NCBI RefSeq assembly: GCF_049584895.1
Contig: NZ_JBAUYR010000036.1
Span: 122,191-186,190, forward strand
Direction: 5' to 3'
DNA from: Candidatus Binatus sp.
Lineage (GTDB): Bacteria; Desulfobacterota; Binatia; Binatales; Binataceae
DNA length: 64,000 nucleotides
How positions within the stretch are numbered: position 1 is the first letter of the stretch; every line of letters starts with the position of its first letter. This document shows, piece after piece, positions 28,128 to 39,757 of this stretch. Made by a program: the position numbers and the translations under genes. The notes beneath the pieces are model-generated. The model did not search any database and was not told where the DNA came from. It saw nothing but the letters and a program-made list of their open reading frames with translations.

Positions 28128-29114
28128 ATGTCGACTTACAAATGGCCGCAAGGACGATCAGTAAAGCTCGCGCCGCGAGGTAATCAGTCTTCGATCAATC
28201 TTACAGTTCACGAGACTGGCGAGGGACCGGCGGTTGTCTTCTGCCATGGGTTTCCGGAACTCGCTTACTCGTGGCGGCATCAGTTGCCCGCTGTCGCGGC
28301 CGCGGGATTTCGCGCGATAGCTCCAGATCAGCGCGGGTATGCAGACTCTAGTGCGCCGCCTGCCGTCACCGACTACGGTCTTACCGAGCTGACGGGAGAT
28401 ATGGCGGGGTTGCTCGACGCGCTCAAAATCGAGCGCGCGATTTTCGTCGGTCACGACTGGGGCGGCTTCGTCGCGTGGGCGATGCCGCTGTTGTATCCGG
28501 AGCGGACTGCGGGCGTCGTCGGCGTCTGCACGCCCTACATGGCAATCCCGCCGACCTCGGTCATGCGCGCGATGGTCAACGGCAAGGACGAGCGCATGTA
28601 CATCCTGTGGTTCCAGGAACCAGGGCGTGCTGAGAGCGTGATGGATCCGAAGGCGCGGCTAATCTTCGATCGCCTGATGCGCGCGCCGCTCTCGCCGGAG
28701 GAATCGACCAAGCGCATGATGGCGAGCGGCGAGCTGGATATGAATCCGTTCCGCCGAATCGAAGAGCTGAAGCCCGAGACCGACACAATAGTTACCCGCG
28801 AAGAACTCGATACCTATGTGCATGCATACGAGAAGAGCGGATTCCGCGGCGGCATCAACTGGTATCGCAACATCGATCGCAACTCGCGCGAGCATCCTGA
28901 GATAGGTGTCGCCAAGCTGACGCTGCCATGCCTGATGATCACTGCTGAGTGGGACGGCGCGCTGCCGCCGCGAATGGCGGCCGGGATGCCGGCGCTGTGC
29001 TCGGATCTTGAGATGCACAATATCGAGCGCGCGGGGCATTGGGTGCAGCAGGAGTTTCCTGCTGCGGTGAATCAAACGATCGTCGACTGGCTGAAGCGGC
29101 GGTTCAAGAAGTAG
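28128..29114 (+). CDS. alpha/beta hydrolase, epoxide hydrolase-like
   Basis: 'VVFCHGFPELAYSWRHQ' HGxP motif. Nucleophile 'VGHDWGG'. 328 aa. Confidence 0.85.
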   Translation: MSTYKWPQGRSVKLAPRGNQSSINLTVHETGEGPAVVFCHGFPELAYSWRHQLPAVAAAGFRAIAPDQRGYADSSAPPAVTDYGLTELTGDMAGLLDALKIERAIFVGHDWGGFVAWAMPLLYPERTAGVVGVCTPYMAIPPTSVMRAMVNGKDERMYILWFQEPGRAESVMDPKARLIFDRLMRAPLSPEESTKRMMASGELDMNPFRRIEELKPETDTIVTREELDTYVHAYEKSGFRGGINWYRNIDRNSREHPEIGVAKLTLPCLMITAEWDGALPPRMAAGMPALCSDLEMHNIERAGHWVQQEFPAAVNQTIVDWLKRRFKK

Positions 29115-29274
29115 TGAGCCCGCAACCGCCGCGGCTGCGGTTCTGACTCGCGACCTCTCCTTGGATCTTGGATCAACAGAGGTTAGGACAGAAACACGCT
29201 GCCGCTTGCGCCGACGCGGGAGCGTCGGGAAGCGCCGCAGTCAGGCGAACTTCCCGACGATACCGCGGTGCGCA

Positions 29275-29742
29275 TCAGTCGCCCGCCGACCGTTTCACCG
29301 AAAGCGCGGCCGGGCCAGATACGGCGTCCGGTATCGAATTACCCGTACATGATGCGACAGTGACAGTGTCCGAGAAGCATATGGTGCCCGTATCGGGAAC
29401 GATGCAATCATTGACGCTGCCGTCACCGGTGCTCGTGACCCATGATCCCTGCAGGGTTTCCGGATAACCGAAGAAGCCGTCTGAGGTTGTAAACAGCACC
29501 GTCGTCCCATCCGAGCTCAAACACATTCCGCCGGATGCAACGAAACCGGTAAAAGTGCCGTTGGTGTTAACCAGGATAATCGAGCTACAAGCGTTTTTCT
29601 TCGGAATTTTCCCGCTAAGTAAGTACTGTTCTGCATTAACGGAAAGACAAAGCTGTTTTGCCGATGCCGGCCCAGTGCAGATCAAAAGTATCCCAATTGC
29701 TCCCGCAATCCTTCCAAGGGTTCGTCGCAATTTCATTTTCAT
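29275..29742 (-). CDS. hypothetical secreted Cys-rich protein (low-GC gene)
   Basis: Signal peptide 'ILLICTGPASA'. 8 Cys. GC roughly 52%. 155 aa. Confidence 0.55.
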   Translation of the reverse strand: MKMKLRRTLGRIAGAIGILLICTGPASAKQLCLSVNAEQYLLSGKIPKKNACSSIILVNTNGTFTGFVASGGMCLSSDGTTVLFTTSDGFFGYPETLQGSWVTSTGDGSVNDCIVPDTGTICFSDTVTVASCTGNSIPDAVSGPAALSVKRSAGD

Positions 29743-29790
29743 TCCCCTCCCGTATTGACCAAATTCTGCTTTGACGTCTCGAATCGAGCT

Positions 29791-29880
29791 ATGGCTAGCC
29801 TACACCACGTCGTAGCGCAAGCGATCGCCCCTGCCTTCGAGGATGAAAGCTTCGATCGTTGGCTGAAGCGGCGGTTTTAA
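29791..29880 (+). pseudogene. relic of an alpha/beta (epoxide) hydrolase 3' end (29 codons), paralogous to the end of the 28128..29114 gene
   Basis: 'HHVVAQAIAPAFEDESFDRWLKRRF*' versus the gene end 'HWVQQEFPAAVNQTIVDWLKRRFKK*'. 17-nt identity tggctgaagcggcggtt. No upstream hydrolase body. Confidence 0.3.
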
Positions 29881-29883
29881 TTG

Positions 29884-29960
29884 GTGGCACAGGCTTTAGC
29901 CTGTGATTTTCTGGCCCATGCAAATTCAGGCTGAGGACCACAGGCTAAAGCCTGTGCCAC
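29884..29960. repeat. 77-bp MITE-like element: perfect 22-bp terminal inverted repeats (GTGGCACAGGCTTTAGCCTGTG ... CACAGGCTAAAGCCTGTGCCAC) flanking a 33-nt spacer. Each arm is itself a 7-bp hairpin.
   Basis: Direct reading. The arms are exact reverse complements. CACAGGC-TTTA-GCCTGTG and CACAGGC-TAAA-GCCTGTG form internal hairpins, allowing alternative pairings. Confidence 0.5.
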
Positions 29961-29965
29961 TTAAA

Positions 29966-29987
29966 CCCCTTCCCTCGAGGGAAGGGG
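29966..29987. repeat. perfect 22-bp palindrome CCCCTTCCCTCGAGGGAAGGGG, immediately 3' of the EthD gene (minus strand)
   Basis: Same arms as 33156-33177 (CCCCTTCCCGCGCGGGAAGGGG). Both are followed by AAC. Confidence 0.5.
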
Positions 29988-30004
29988 AACAAAATTAAGA
30001 GGGG

Positions 30005-30385
30005 CTACTTGGTGTAGTCAAAGATTTCGTGCTCTTCCGTCAGGAAGATCGAAGAGTGTTCGAAGTCGATGAACTTCGACTCATCTTCGAGCAGAGCGCG
30101 CGCTGCCTCTGCACGTTCCTGGACGGCGCCGCCGCCGCTGAAATCCTCGAGCGTGTCCCACCATACTTCGGTGATACCGTCGTAAGTCTGCTTCATCCCG
30201 GGGCGGGTGTTGCGGATTTGCTTGCCCGCATCTTCTGAGACGGTGTGGCTCTGGACGTACTTCTTCGCGCGCATCGATTTCGCGAAGCTGCGCACCAGCG
30301 GTCCGTGCTTCTTCAGCCAGTACTCGTGGAAGTCCTTTTCGGAGATATCGGCGCGCTTTTTGACTATGTAGACCAGTTTGATCAT
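30005..30385 (-). CDS. EthD-domain protein
   Basis: 'MIKLVYIVKKRADISEKDFHEYWLKKHGPLV' is typical of EthD/dimeric alpha-beta-barrel proteins. Start at ATG 30385. The track extension to 30433 overlaps the upstream gene. Confidence 0.7.
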   Translation of the reverse strand: MIKLVYIVKKRADISEKDFHEYWLKKHGPLVRSFAKSMRAKKYVQSHTVSEDAGKQIRNTRPGMKQTYDGITEVWWDTLEDFSGGGAVQERAEAARALLEDESKFIDFEHSSIFLTEEHEIFDYTK

Positions 30386-30395
30386 TGCACCAACC

Positions 30396-31637
30396 TCACA
30401 TCGCACGTAGCCGATCGAGTGTCGTCTCGTCAAACATTTCGGCCGGCAGAACTTCGGGTCCTATGAAGGCGGCGGGACTGACGTCGGGGAAATTACCGCG
30501 CAGACGTTCTTCGCGGACTTTCGCGCGACGCGCGCGGGCATGGTCGCCGAATTCTACGTTCAGGATCGAGAACGTCGAGGCGGTCAGCCTGAGCCGGCGC
30601 ATCCGCTCGCGCCGCTCCTCCGCGTAAGGCCGAAACAGGTCAGGCGTCCAGTTGCGATTTTCGAGCATCAGGTCGCGCACGATGCGCACGTCGCGATAGG
30701 CGATCGACAATCCCTGCCCGATGATCGGATCGTTGTGGCCCGCGGCGTCTCCAATCAGCACGACGCCGGGACCGTATGGCACGTCAGTCCAGGTGTCCTC
30801 GTTGCCGTACGAATTGCAGGGCCCTGACGGGGTGCCGTTCGCCAGGTACTCGCTGCCGGGGACGCTCGCGAGGTGGAACGCGTCGAGAAAACGCGCCTGG
30901 TTGTCGGCACCAGCGAAGCGACGCTTGTCTTCGGTTGCGTAACAGATATAAAGACGCACGCGCTCGACCGATTGCGGAAACGCTAGAAAATTGACACGCG
31001 CCTCGGTGCCGAAGATTTGCAAATCCGCCGGCCAGCCAGTCGTGTTGTCGACCAGCATCCCGGCCATCAGGTGATGGGTCGGATCGCGATGCTGCTCGAT
31101 GCCCACTTGCGAGCGAACGACTGAATTGCGGCCGTCGGCGGCGATCACCAGGCGCGGATTGAACTTGCGCTCGACTCCGTCATGCCGGAATCGCACTTCG
31201 GGCGCGGCTCCCGCGACTACCTGCAAGTCGGTCACGCCGCGAAGCAGTTCGGCGCCCGCTTTGATTGCCTCGGCGTTGAGCAAGTCGCACATGTCAGGAT
31301 GCCGCATGCACAGCGGCGGCTTGAAGCCGGCGTCTTCGAAGGCGGTCATATCGAGCACTTGCGATTCGGCAGTGGCGGGATCGATGTCGTCGCCGTATGC
31401 GATGTGGCGCGCGAGATGATGCCCGCCCGCCGCGAGCAGCGTCTCGTACAAGCCGAGGCGTTGGGTTTCCGCGACGCCCCAGAGCGCGAGCCATTCGCCG
31501 CGCACATGATCGACATGCACCAGCGACTTCTCGAGAAGCGTCACTGCGATGCCGGCTCGCGCGAGCACGGTCGCCAGCGCGCTCCCGCCGATCCCCGCAC
31601 CGACGATCACGACCTCTCGATTAGTGTGTTTTTCCAT
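30396..31637 (-). CDS. FAD-dependent monooxygenase (UbiH/aromatic-ring hydroxylase family)
   Basis: 'VVIVGAGIGGSALATVLARAGIAVTLLEK' Rossmann GxGxxG. 'DG.NS.VR' and 'GDAAH' motifs. 413 aa. Confidence 0.85.
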   Translation of the reverse strand: MEKHTNREVVIVGAGIGGSALATVLARAGIAVTLLEKSLVHVDHVRGEWLALWGVAETQRLGLYETLLAAGGHHLARHIAYGDDIDPATAESQVLDMTAFEDAGFKPPLCMRHPDMCDLLNAEAIKAGAELLRGVTDLQVVAGAAPEVRFRHDGVERKFNPRLVIAADGRNSVVRSQVGIEQHRDPTHHLMAGMLVDNTTGWPADLQIFGTEARVNFLAFPQSVERVRLYICYATEDKRRFAGADNQARFLDAFHLASVPGSEYLANGTPSGPCNSYGNEDTWTDVPYGPGVVLIGDAAGHNDPIIGQGLSIAYRDVRIVRDLMLENRNWTPDLFRPYAEERRERMRRLRLTASTFSILNVEFGDHARARRAKVREERLRGNFPDVSPAAFIGPEVLPAEMFDETTLDRLRAM

Positions 31638-31643
31638 TGCGGC

Positions 31644-33143
31644 TTAGTTCACGACCGTGTCGAAGTGGGCGGTTTCGATTTTGTCGGCGCGTTTGAACTG
31701 TAGAAAAATCCGGTAGTGGCCTGCGCTGGGGAAACCATAGGGCATCGATAGCTCCGGCGAAATGGGGGCCGCATTCATGTTCATATCGGACATGTTCATG
31801 CCCGCCATCGAGTCGGATGAGTTGGTGCTCGCCATCATCAGCGAGGCCATCGGGACTGAGCCCGACGGATGGATGTGGGCGAACACCTGGAGATCGGAGC
31901 TGACTATTTCGGCGTGCGCCGCCATTCCCATGTAGGGTTTCACGTCGGTCGCGGGCTTGCCGTTTTGATCCTGCACTTCGAAGCGCAGAATCATCGGCGC
32001 GTTCGCACGAATCGCCGCGCTGTCGCGGTGCCATACCACGCGCGTCCCATCATCGAGTGCATCGACGGCGGAATCTGATGAAGGCGTGAGCGCGGGCGCA
32101 TCGCCGCCGCAGTCGTCACCTTTAAGCGGCGTGCCGTTTATCTGGGGAAGGTCTATCGAGCCGACCAGCGTCCATGGAAATCCGCTTTGATCCACGATGT
32201 CCGCGAACACTGCGTAGCGGCCGGGCTCGAGCGACGGGAGGGCATCCACGAACGAGCCATCGGGCTGCCGACTTGGATGCAAATGCCAAATGCGGTCGAG
32301 CGCGGGCGTCCTCACGAGGAAGAAATGCATCAGATGGCCGTGGTCGGGAAGAATGCCGTCCATAACTTTGTACCGCAACCAAACTTTGTCGTCGGGCGAC
32401 GGACGAATCGCGAGCCGGTTGCCATCGACAACGGTCAACGCGAGCTTCGGCGGTTTGAATAACTTTGTGACCGCCGCGTAACTCCGGGCGTCGGCGCTCC
32501 ACCACGCAAACGCGAGATAGAAGATCGCGGCAACGATGACTCCCGTTATCGCCATCGCGCGCCATCCGCGCCGCTTGAGCTCAGGCGTCACTGGAGAACC
32601 GGGAGCGAGGCGCGATTCGCGCGCCGCCGCACCGACGATAGAAATCGCGCCGATCCCCAGCGCAATCGCGAGCGTCAGCAGCAACGCGCCAAGGGCAGGC
32701 GGCATCGGAAGCATCCGCCGCGCGGCAGACGGGACCGGCACCGACATCTGCGCCGCACCATGCGCGCCCGCGACGTTTATCAGCACGCGCATCGAGCCGT
32801 ACTCCATCAACCACAAGCTCGAAGTGAAAAGGTGCGGGTCGATGGGCGAGCGCTGCGCGACGTCGGGGACGGGCGCATACTGCGAGCCGGCGCCTGCGAG
32901 CCGAGTCACCGCGGTAGTGACCTGGCGCACGTCGTTCGAGTCGGCGCGAATCTGCACATCCGCGACGCCGGGAATCACCGCGGGAACGTTGACGGTCACG
33001 AACAGGTGATACGGGCCCGCGTCGCCTTCGTAGAAGACGTTGGGGCTGCCGACGTGGGCGTTGGCGGGGGCCGCGAACAGAAGGATTGCGACCGCGAGGA
33101 TCGCGGCGAAAGTGTGGCGAGCGTTGAGCGTAGCTATCGACAA
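31644..33143 (-). CDS. hypothetical membrane protein with signal peptide, central TM pair and C-terminal Met/His-rich motif (possible metal-binding periplasmic domain). TTG start inferred.
   Basis: 'HIHPSGSVPMASLMMASTNSSDSMAGMNMSDMNMN'. Signal peptide 'AAILAVAILLFAAPANA'. The ORF-track N-terminus (to 33224) would run through the 22-bp palindrome, so the start is placed at TTG 33143. Confidence 0.55.
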   Translation of the reverse strand: MSIATLNARHTFAAILAVAILLFAAPANAHVGSPNVFYEGDAGPYHLFVTVNVPAVIPGVADVQIRADSNDVRQVTTAVTRLAGAGSQYAPVPDVAQRSPIDPHLFTSSLWLMEYGSMRVLINVAGAHGAAQMSVPVPSAARRMLPMPPALGALLLTLAIALGIGAISIVGAAARESRLAPGSPVTPELKRRGWRAMAITGVIVAAIFYLAFAWWSADARSYAAVTKLFKPPKLALTVVDGNRLAIRPSPDDKVWLRYKVMDGILPDHGHLMHFFLVRTPALDRIWHLHPSRQPDGSFVDALPSLEPGRYAVFADIVDQSGFPWTLVGSIDLPQINGTPLKGDDCGGDAPALTPSSDSAVDALDDGTRVVWHRDSAAIRANAPMILRFEVQDQNGKPATDVKPYMGMAAHAEIVSSDLQVFAHIHPSGSVPMASLMMASTNSSDSMAGMNMSDMNMNAAPISPELSMPYGFPSAGHYRIFLQFKRADKIETAHFDTVVN

Positions 33144-33155
33144 CCTAACCCCTAA

Positions 33156-33177
33156 CCCCTTCCCGCGCGGGAAGGGG
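33156..33177. repeat. perfect 22-bp palindrome CCCCTTCCCGCGCGGGAAGGGG between the two genes of the membrane module
   Basis: Preceded by CCTAACCCCTAACCCCTT. Same arms as 29966-29987. Confidence 0.5.
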
Positions 33178-33225
33178 AACCGGATTTTTCTCCGTCGCGC
33201 GGGATGGGGAGAGCATCGGGGCATG

Positions 33226-34422
33226 TTAGCGGCGGACGGTGCGCATCCAGTTGCCTAGCGCCATTCCGATCGAGCAGAAGATGATCGAGGTCATCAGCGC
33301 GATCATCATTCCTTCTCTGAACGCGGCCCCGGTCTTATCCAGATGCGCGAAATGATACGGGTTGTAGAGTAGATTGGCGGCGTCGAAAAATCCGAAATAG
33401 TTGGCGCCGAAAATCGGATTGCGCGCGGCGGGCGAGATCAGGAAGTCCGCGAACGGCCATTGTGCCGCGACAAACGCCGCGATGAAAACGAACCCTGCGG
33501 CGAGCGCGGATTTCCACCCGCCCCACTTCTCGCCCATCCACGCACGCAGCAAATCGAGCGCGAACGCGGGCACGATCACCAGCACCGGGAACCACAGCGG
33601 CACCATGTGCGTGATGTTCTGATAGACCGGGCCGAGCTTGGGCGCGGCGGGAAACAGCGGGAAGATCCACAGGCCCGCGAGGAACAGCGCGGTGTAGATG
33701 GCGGCCATCGTGGTGGCCGGCCAGCGCTTTTTCGATACGACCGAGATTGCGATCAGTCCAATCGGGAACGCGGTCGCCACCGCGCGATAAAAGCTTGAGC
33801 TGTGCATGAACTCCATCGGCGTCGATTCAAGGATGAACAGCGCCGAGCCTGCCAAGACGATGCCGCCGATCACGAGCAGCAGCCTGTCCAGCTTGCGTTG
33901 ATATGCGCCCGACGCGCGGTTGAGATGCGCGCATACGAGCAACATCGCGCCTAGCTCGATCATCAGCTCGCCAACGCCCAGCATCGAATGCGGCAGGCTG
34001 ACGATTTTGACATCGAGTCCGTAGGCGTTGTGCCACCAGTTGTCGAACGGCGCCGACGTGAGCATCGCGAATCCGCCCCACGCCGCCATGAAGCATCCGA
34101 GCGGCCCGCGAAAACCCCAGACCGAGATGCTCGCGTCCTTGGCTTCCTGCGACTCGCCGAAGGTGGTGGACAGAATCGCGTAGCCGCTGGCAACTCCGGC
34201 CAGCACGCCCGCGAGATAAATCATCATGTGCGCGGGAGTCCAGAAGGTGTCGCGGCCGATCGAGATATGCCACGAGATGTCCCAGTAGCCACCGAACAAG
34301 TCGGAGGCGGTTGCGGCCGCGAGGCACCAGACGTACCAGGGAATCGAGGCGGTGCGCTCGGCGGCGACGGTGCGAACGTCGGCGCGCTGGCGAAGGTCGA
34401 AGGTTGCGGCGGCATTTCCCAT
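33226..34422 (-). CDS. hypothetical polytopic membrane protein (at least 10 predicted TM helices)
   Basis: 398 aa, highly hydrophobic with conserved Trp/His. No family recognised. First gene of a two-gene minus-strand module. Confidence 0.65.
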   Translation of the reverse strand: MGNAAATFDLRQRADVRTVAAERTASIPWYVWCLAAATASDLFGGYWDISWHISIGRDTFWTPAHMMIYLAGVLAGVASGYAILSTTFGESQEAKDASISVWGFRGPLGCFMAAWGGFAMLTSAPFDNWWHNAYGLDVKIVSLPHSMLGVGELMIELGAMLLVCAHLNRASGAYQRKLDRLLLVIGGIVLAGSALFILESTPMEFMHSSSFYRAVATAFPIGLIAISVVSKKRWPATTMAAIYTALFLAGLWIFPLFPAAPKLGPVYQNITHMVPLWFPVLVIVPAFALDLLRAWMGEKWGGWKSALAAGFVFIAAFVAAQWPFADFLISPAARNPIFGANYFGFFDAANLLYNPYHFAHLDKTGAAFREGMMIALMTSIIFCSIGMALGNWMRTVRR

Positions 34423-34719
34423 CGCTAAATCTCCCGCGCCGATTGTATCTCTAAGCCGCGCGTCCGCCCACAGGAAGGAGCAGTCGAAATCTTACGCCGA
34501 GATCCGACTCGCGTGCCATCGACTGTTCCAATTTGAAACTCAATCGCGAACACCACATTGCGCGAGTCGCCTTTGATCGGCTGTCGTGCGCTATCGGAAA
34601 GTACCAGCGAATTTCATCCAATACATAACATCTGGCATCGGGCTTGCTCGTTCATTCGATGTGGAACCCTTCCTTATCGGGTGGGCAGGAGTGCCCGCGC
34701 CCAGCGCAATACCGCAGTT

Positions 34720-37527
<2,808 letters not shown>

Positions 37528-37537
37528 ATGCTCAACA

Positions 37538-37574
37538 CGTCAGGGTTGACTGACGACGCCGCAGGAAATTGCGG
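37538..37574. terminator. pair of hairpins (CGTCAG-ggttga-CTGACG; CCGCA-ggaaat-TGCGG) in the 62-nt gap between convergent genes
   Basis: Direct reading. No strong U-tract. Confidence 0.35.
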
Positions 37575-37589
37575 ACCGTCGCTCATGTG

Positions 37590-38135
37590 TCACGCCGGAC
37601 TGTTGCGCTGACGAATGTAGCCGCCGACGTGACTCAAGTAATCGCGTTTGCCGATATCGACGCCGTTGTGGCGCAGGATGTCGTACGCGGTGACGACGTG
37701 AAAGTAGAAATGCGGCAGCGCCCAGTCCCTCAAAAACTGAAGCCCGTTCATTTCGAATTCCATGTCGTTTTCGGGTATCGGAATCGTGATCTTGCGATCC
37801 TCCGCGCCTTCGAAAGCGGCCGCGCGTACACTATCCACATAGCCAATCGTTTTGGCGATGCGCGCCTTGAGCTCCTCGAGCGTCTGCTCGCTATCTTCGA
37901 ATTGTGGCGGCTCCTTGCCCGTGACGCGCGCGGTTGCATCCTTGGCGTGATTGCACGCGAGTCGCACTTGCTGCGCGAGCGTGTACATGTCCGGCGCCAG
38001 CCGGGCATTCACCAGCGCGGCGGGATCGGAGTTGTTCGAGCGTGCATGCTCGGCGCCCTTGTCGAGAATGTTGGACAGCGAGCGCAGCATCGGTACAAAC
38101 GTTTCGGTCGCGATTGAATGTATTGTGATCTTCAC
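37590..38135 (-). CDS. hypothetical protein (possibly DUF1993 family)
   Basis: 181-aa ORF, soluble, helical composition. Family assignment from memory only. Confidence 0.55.
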   Translation of the reverse strand: MKITIHSIATETFVPMLRSLSNILDKGAEHARSNNSDPAALVNARLAPDMYTLAQQVRLACNHAKDATARVTGKEPPQFEDSEQTLEELKARIAKTIGYVDSVRAAAFEGAEDRKITIPIPENDMEFEMNGLQFLRDWALPHFYFHVVTAYDILRHNGVDIGKRDYLSHVGGYIRQRNSPA

Positions 38136-38237
38136 TGTGACTCCTTTTTCCCGGTATGTAAGAGCTTTTATAACCTCGGCGCTTGCATTAACCAGCCCCC
38201 TCGATTGATCTTAGGCGCGTGTAATCGCTTCGTCACT

Positions 38238-38918
38238 ACAATGACGTTCAGCCGCCGACAATTTCGACATCATACGATTCGGCTCGTCGCCACCGCGGCA
38301 TTCAGCCTTATTCTAACTTCTCATTGTGCGGCAGCCTTCGCGCAGGACACCGTGGGCCAGGTGACGGATATCACCGGATCGGCGAAGCTCGAGCGCGGTG
38401 GGATCGAGGTCGATGCAGCCCCCTCGATGCCGATCAAGGTGCACGACAAGCTGCGCACGACGGCGAAATCCAAATTGACGGTGACCTTTCGCGACGGCAG
38501 TAAATTACTTCTGTCGGAGTCCAGTTCCTACACGATCGATGAATACTCGATTGCTGCAACGACCCGCATAAGAGCCTCGATCGCGCTTTGGGCGGGGCAT
38601 CTTCGAGCGATTGTTTTCGTGGCTGCAGGCGGCGTTCCGGATTTCCAGGTGCATACGCCCAATGCGATCGCCGCGGTGCGCGGGACCGAATTCGAGACAG
38701 CGTTCATCGCGGACCGTCCGTGCCCCGAGGACCGAAGCTGCATGCGCTACACGACGGTCGGCGTATTCCACGGCGTGGTCGCGGTCGCCAATATTGCGAG
38801 TCCAGCGCAAGCGGTCCAGGTAACTGAGGGATACGAGACGACGGTCGCATGCGAAGCTCCTGCTACTTCGCCCGCGCCGCTTGGCATGGAAGAGATGGGC
38901 GCACCCGGCTACCACTGA
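38238..38918 (+). CDS. FecR-domain protein with signal peptide
   Basis: 'AIAAVRGTEFE' FecR signature. Signal peptide 'AAFSLILTSHCAAAFA'. Start taken at ATG 38238. Confidence 0.65.
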   Translation, partial: TMTFSRRQFRHHTIRLVATAAFSLILTSHCAAAFAQDTVGQVTDITGSAKLERGGIEVDAAPSMPIKVHDKLRTTAKSKLTVTFRDGSKLLLSESSSYTIDEYSIAATTRIRASIALWAGHLRAIVFVAAGGVPDFQVHTPNAIAAVRGTEFETAFIADRPCPEDRSCMRYTTVGVFHGVVAVANIASPAQAVQVTEGYETTVACEAPATSPAPLGMEEMGAPGYH

Positions 38919-38919
38919 T

Positions 38920-39669
38920 ATGAGGACGCGCGCGTATCGCAAAGCTGTGGTCGCGATGCTGTCGGTCGCCCTCGCGGTGCGAGCCACGTCGGCGCGCGCC
39001 CTTCCTTATTCTGATTTCTTTACGCCAGCGAATCCCCAGCATTTGAGCCTGACGCTGTTCGCGAGCGCAATCGGCAACGAAAGCCTGTACGCGGCGACTC
39101 ACGAGGGCTTTCAGCTCGAGCAGACCTTGAATCCTTATATCGGCGTGGTCGGGCGCGTCTCGGGATATCAAATCTACCAAGGCGCCGGATGGGACAACCC
39201 GTTGCTCGATCATCCAAAAACTCGTCCGCGCAACTTCGGTGTCTTCATGGGCGGGATCGATCTGCTGCCGTTTCAAGGTACCTCGCTGACTGTTCTGGGC
39301 GGCCGCGACGTCGGCGACAGCACCGGTGCAAGAATCGAGGGCGACTTTTCGAGCTGGATACTGCTTCACAGCCGGCATCCCATCAATCTGTCCTTCATCG
39401 GAGATCACTTTTACAACAACGGACAAACCAGCGGCATGATCGACGTGCGCGTGGTGATGTCGTCGTGGCGGGATGTGACCTGGTTGCTTGGCGCGGGCGG
39501 GCAGTTGTGGGGCGGCGGCCAGGAGCCGCATGTGATGAAGGAATTTGGTCCCGACCTCGGTCTATTTTTCAGACAATGGCAGACCAGCCTCGATTTTCAG
39601 GCCGGCTACGGCAATAACCACGGCTACGGCACTATCGCGATCACGCGTCATTTCGGCTGGGACGAGTAA
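38920..39669 (+). CDS. hypothetical secreted protein (possible beta-rich/outer-membrane)
   Basis: Signal peptide 'AVVAMLSVALAVRATSARA'. Alternating aromatic/Gly pattern. Ends in F/W. Confidence 0.55.
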   Translation: MRTRAYRKAVVAMLSVALAVRATSARALPYSDFFTPANPQHLSLTLFASAIGNESLYAATHEGFQLEQTLNPYIGVVGRVSGYQIYQGAGWDNPLLDHPKTRPRNFGVFMGGIDLLPFQGTSLTVLGGRDVGDSTGARIEGDFSSWILLHSRHPINLSFIGDHFYNNGQTSGMIDVRVVMSSWRDVTWLLGAGGQLWGGGQEPHVMKEFGPDLGLFFRQWQTSLDFQAGYGNNHGYGTIAITRHFGWDE

Positions 39670-39671
39670 CA

Positions 39672-39692
39672 GACCGCAGCGGTCTTTCTTAA
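39672..39692 (+). terminator. hairpin GACCGC-a-GCGGTC followed by TTTCTT
   Basis: Lies 3 nt after the stop of 38920..39669. A second hairpin AGCGGG-aatc-CCCGCT is at 39705-39721. Confidence 0.4.
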
Positions 39693-39757
39693 ACCCCGGT
39701 TTGCCTCCAGCGGGAATCCCCGCTAATCAGGATGACCGCTTGAGTAAGGGGAGCAAT

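Noticed and set aside
29118-29150. Hairpin AACCGC-cgcggct-GCGGTT after the epoxide-hydrolase-like gene as a terminator
   Set aside because: Short 6-bp stem, no U-tract. Not annotated as a feature.
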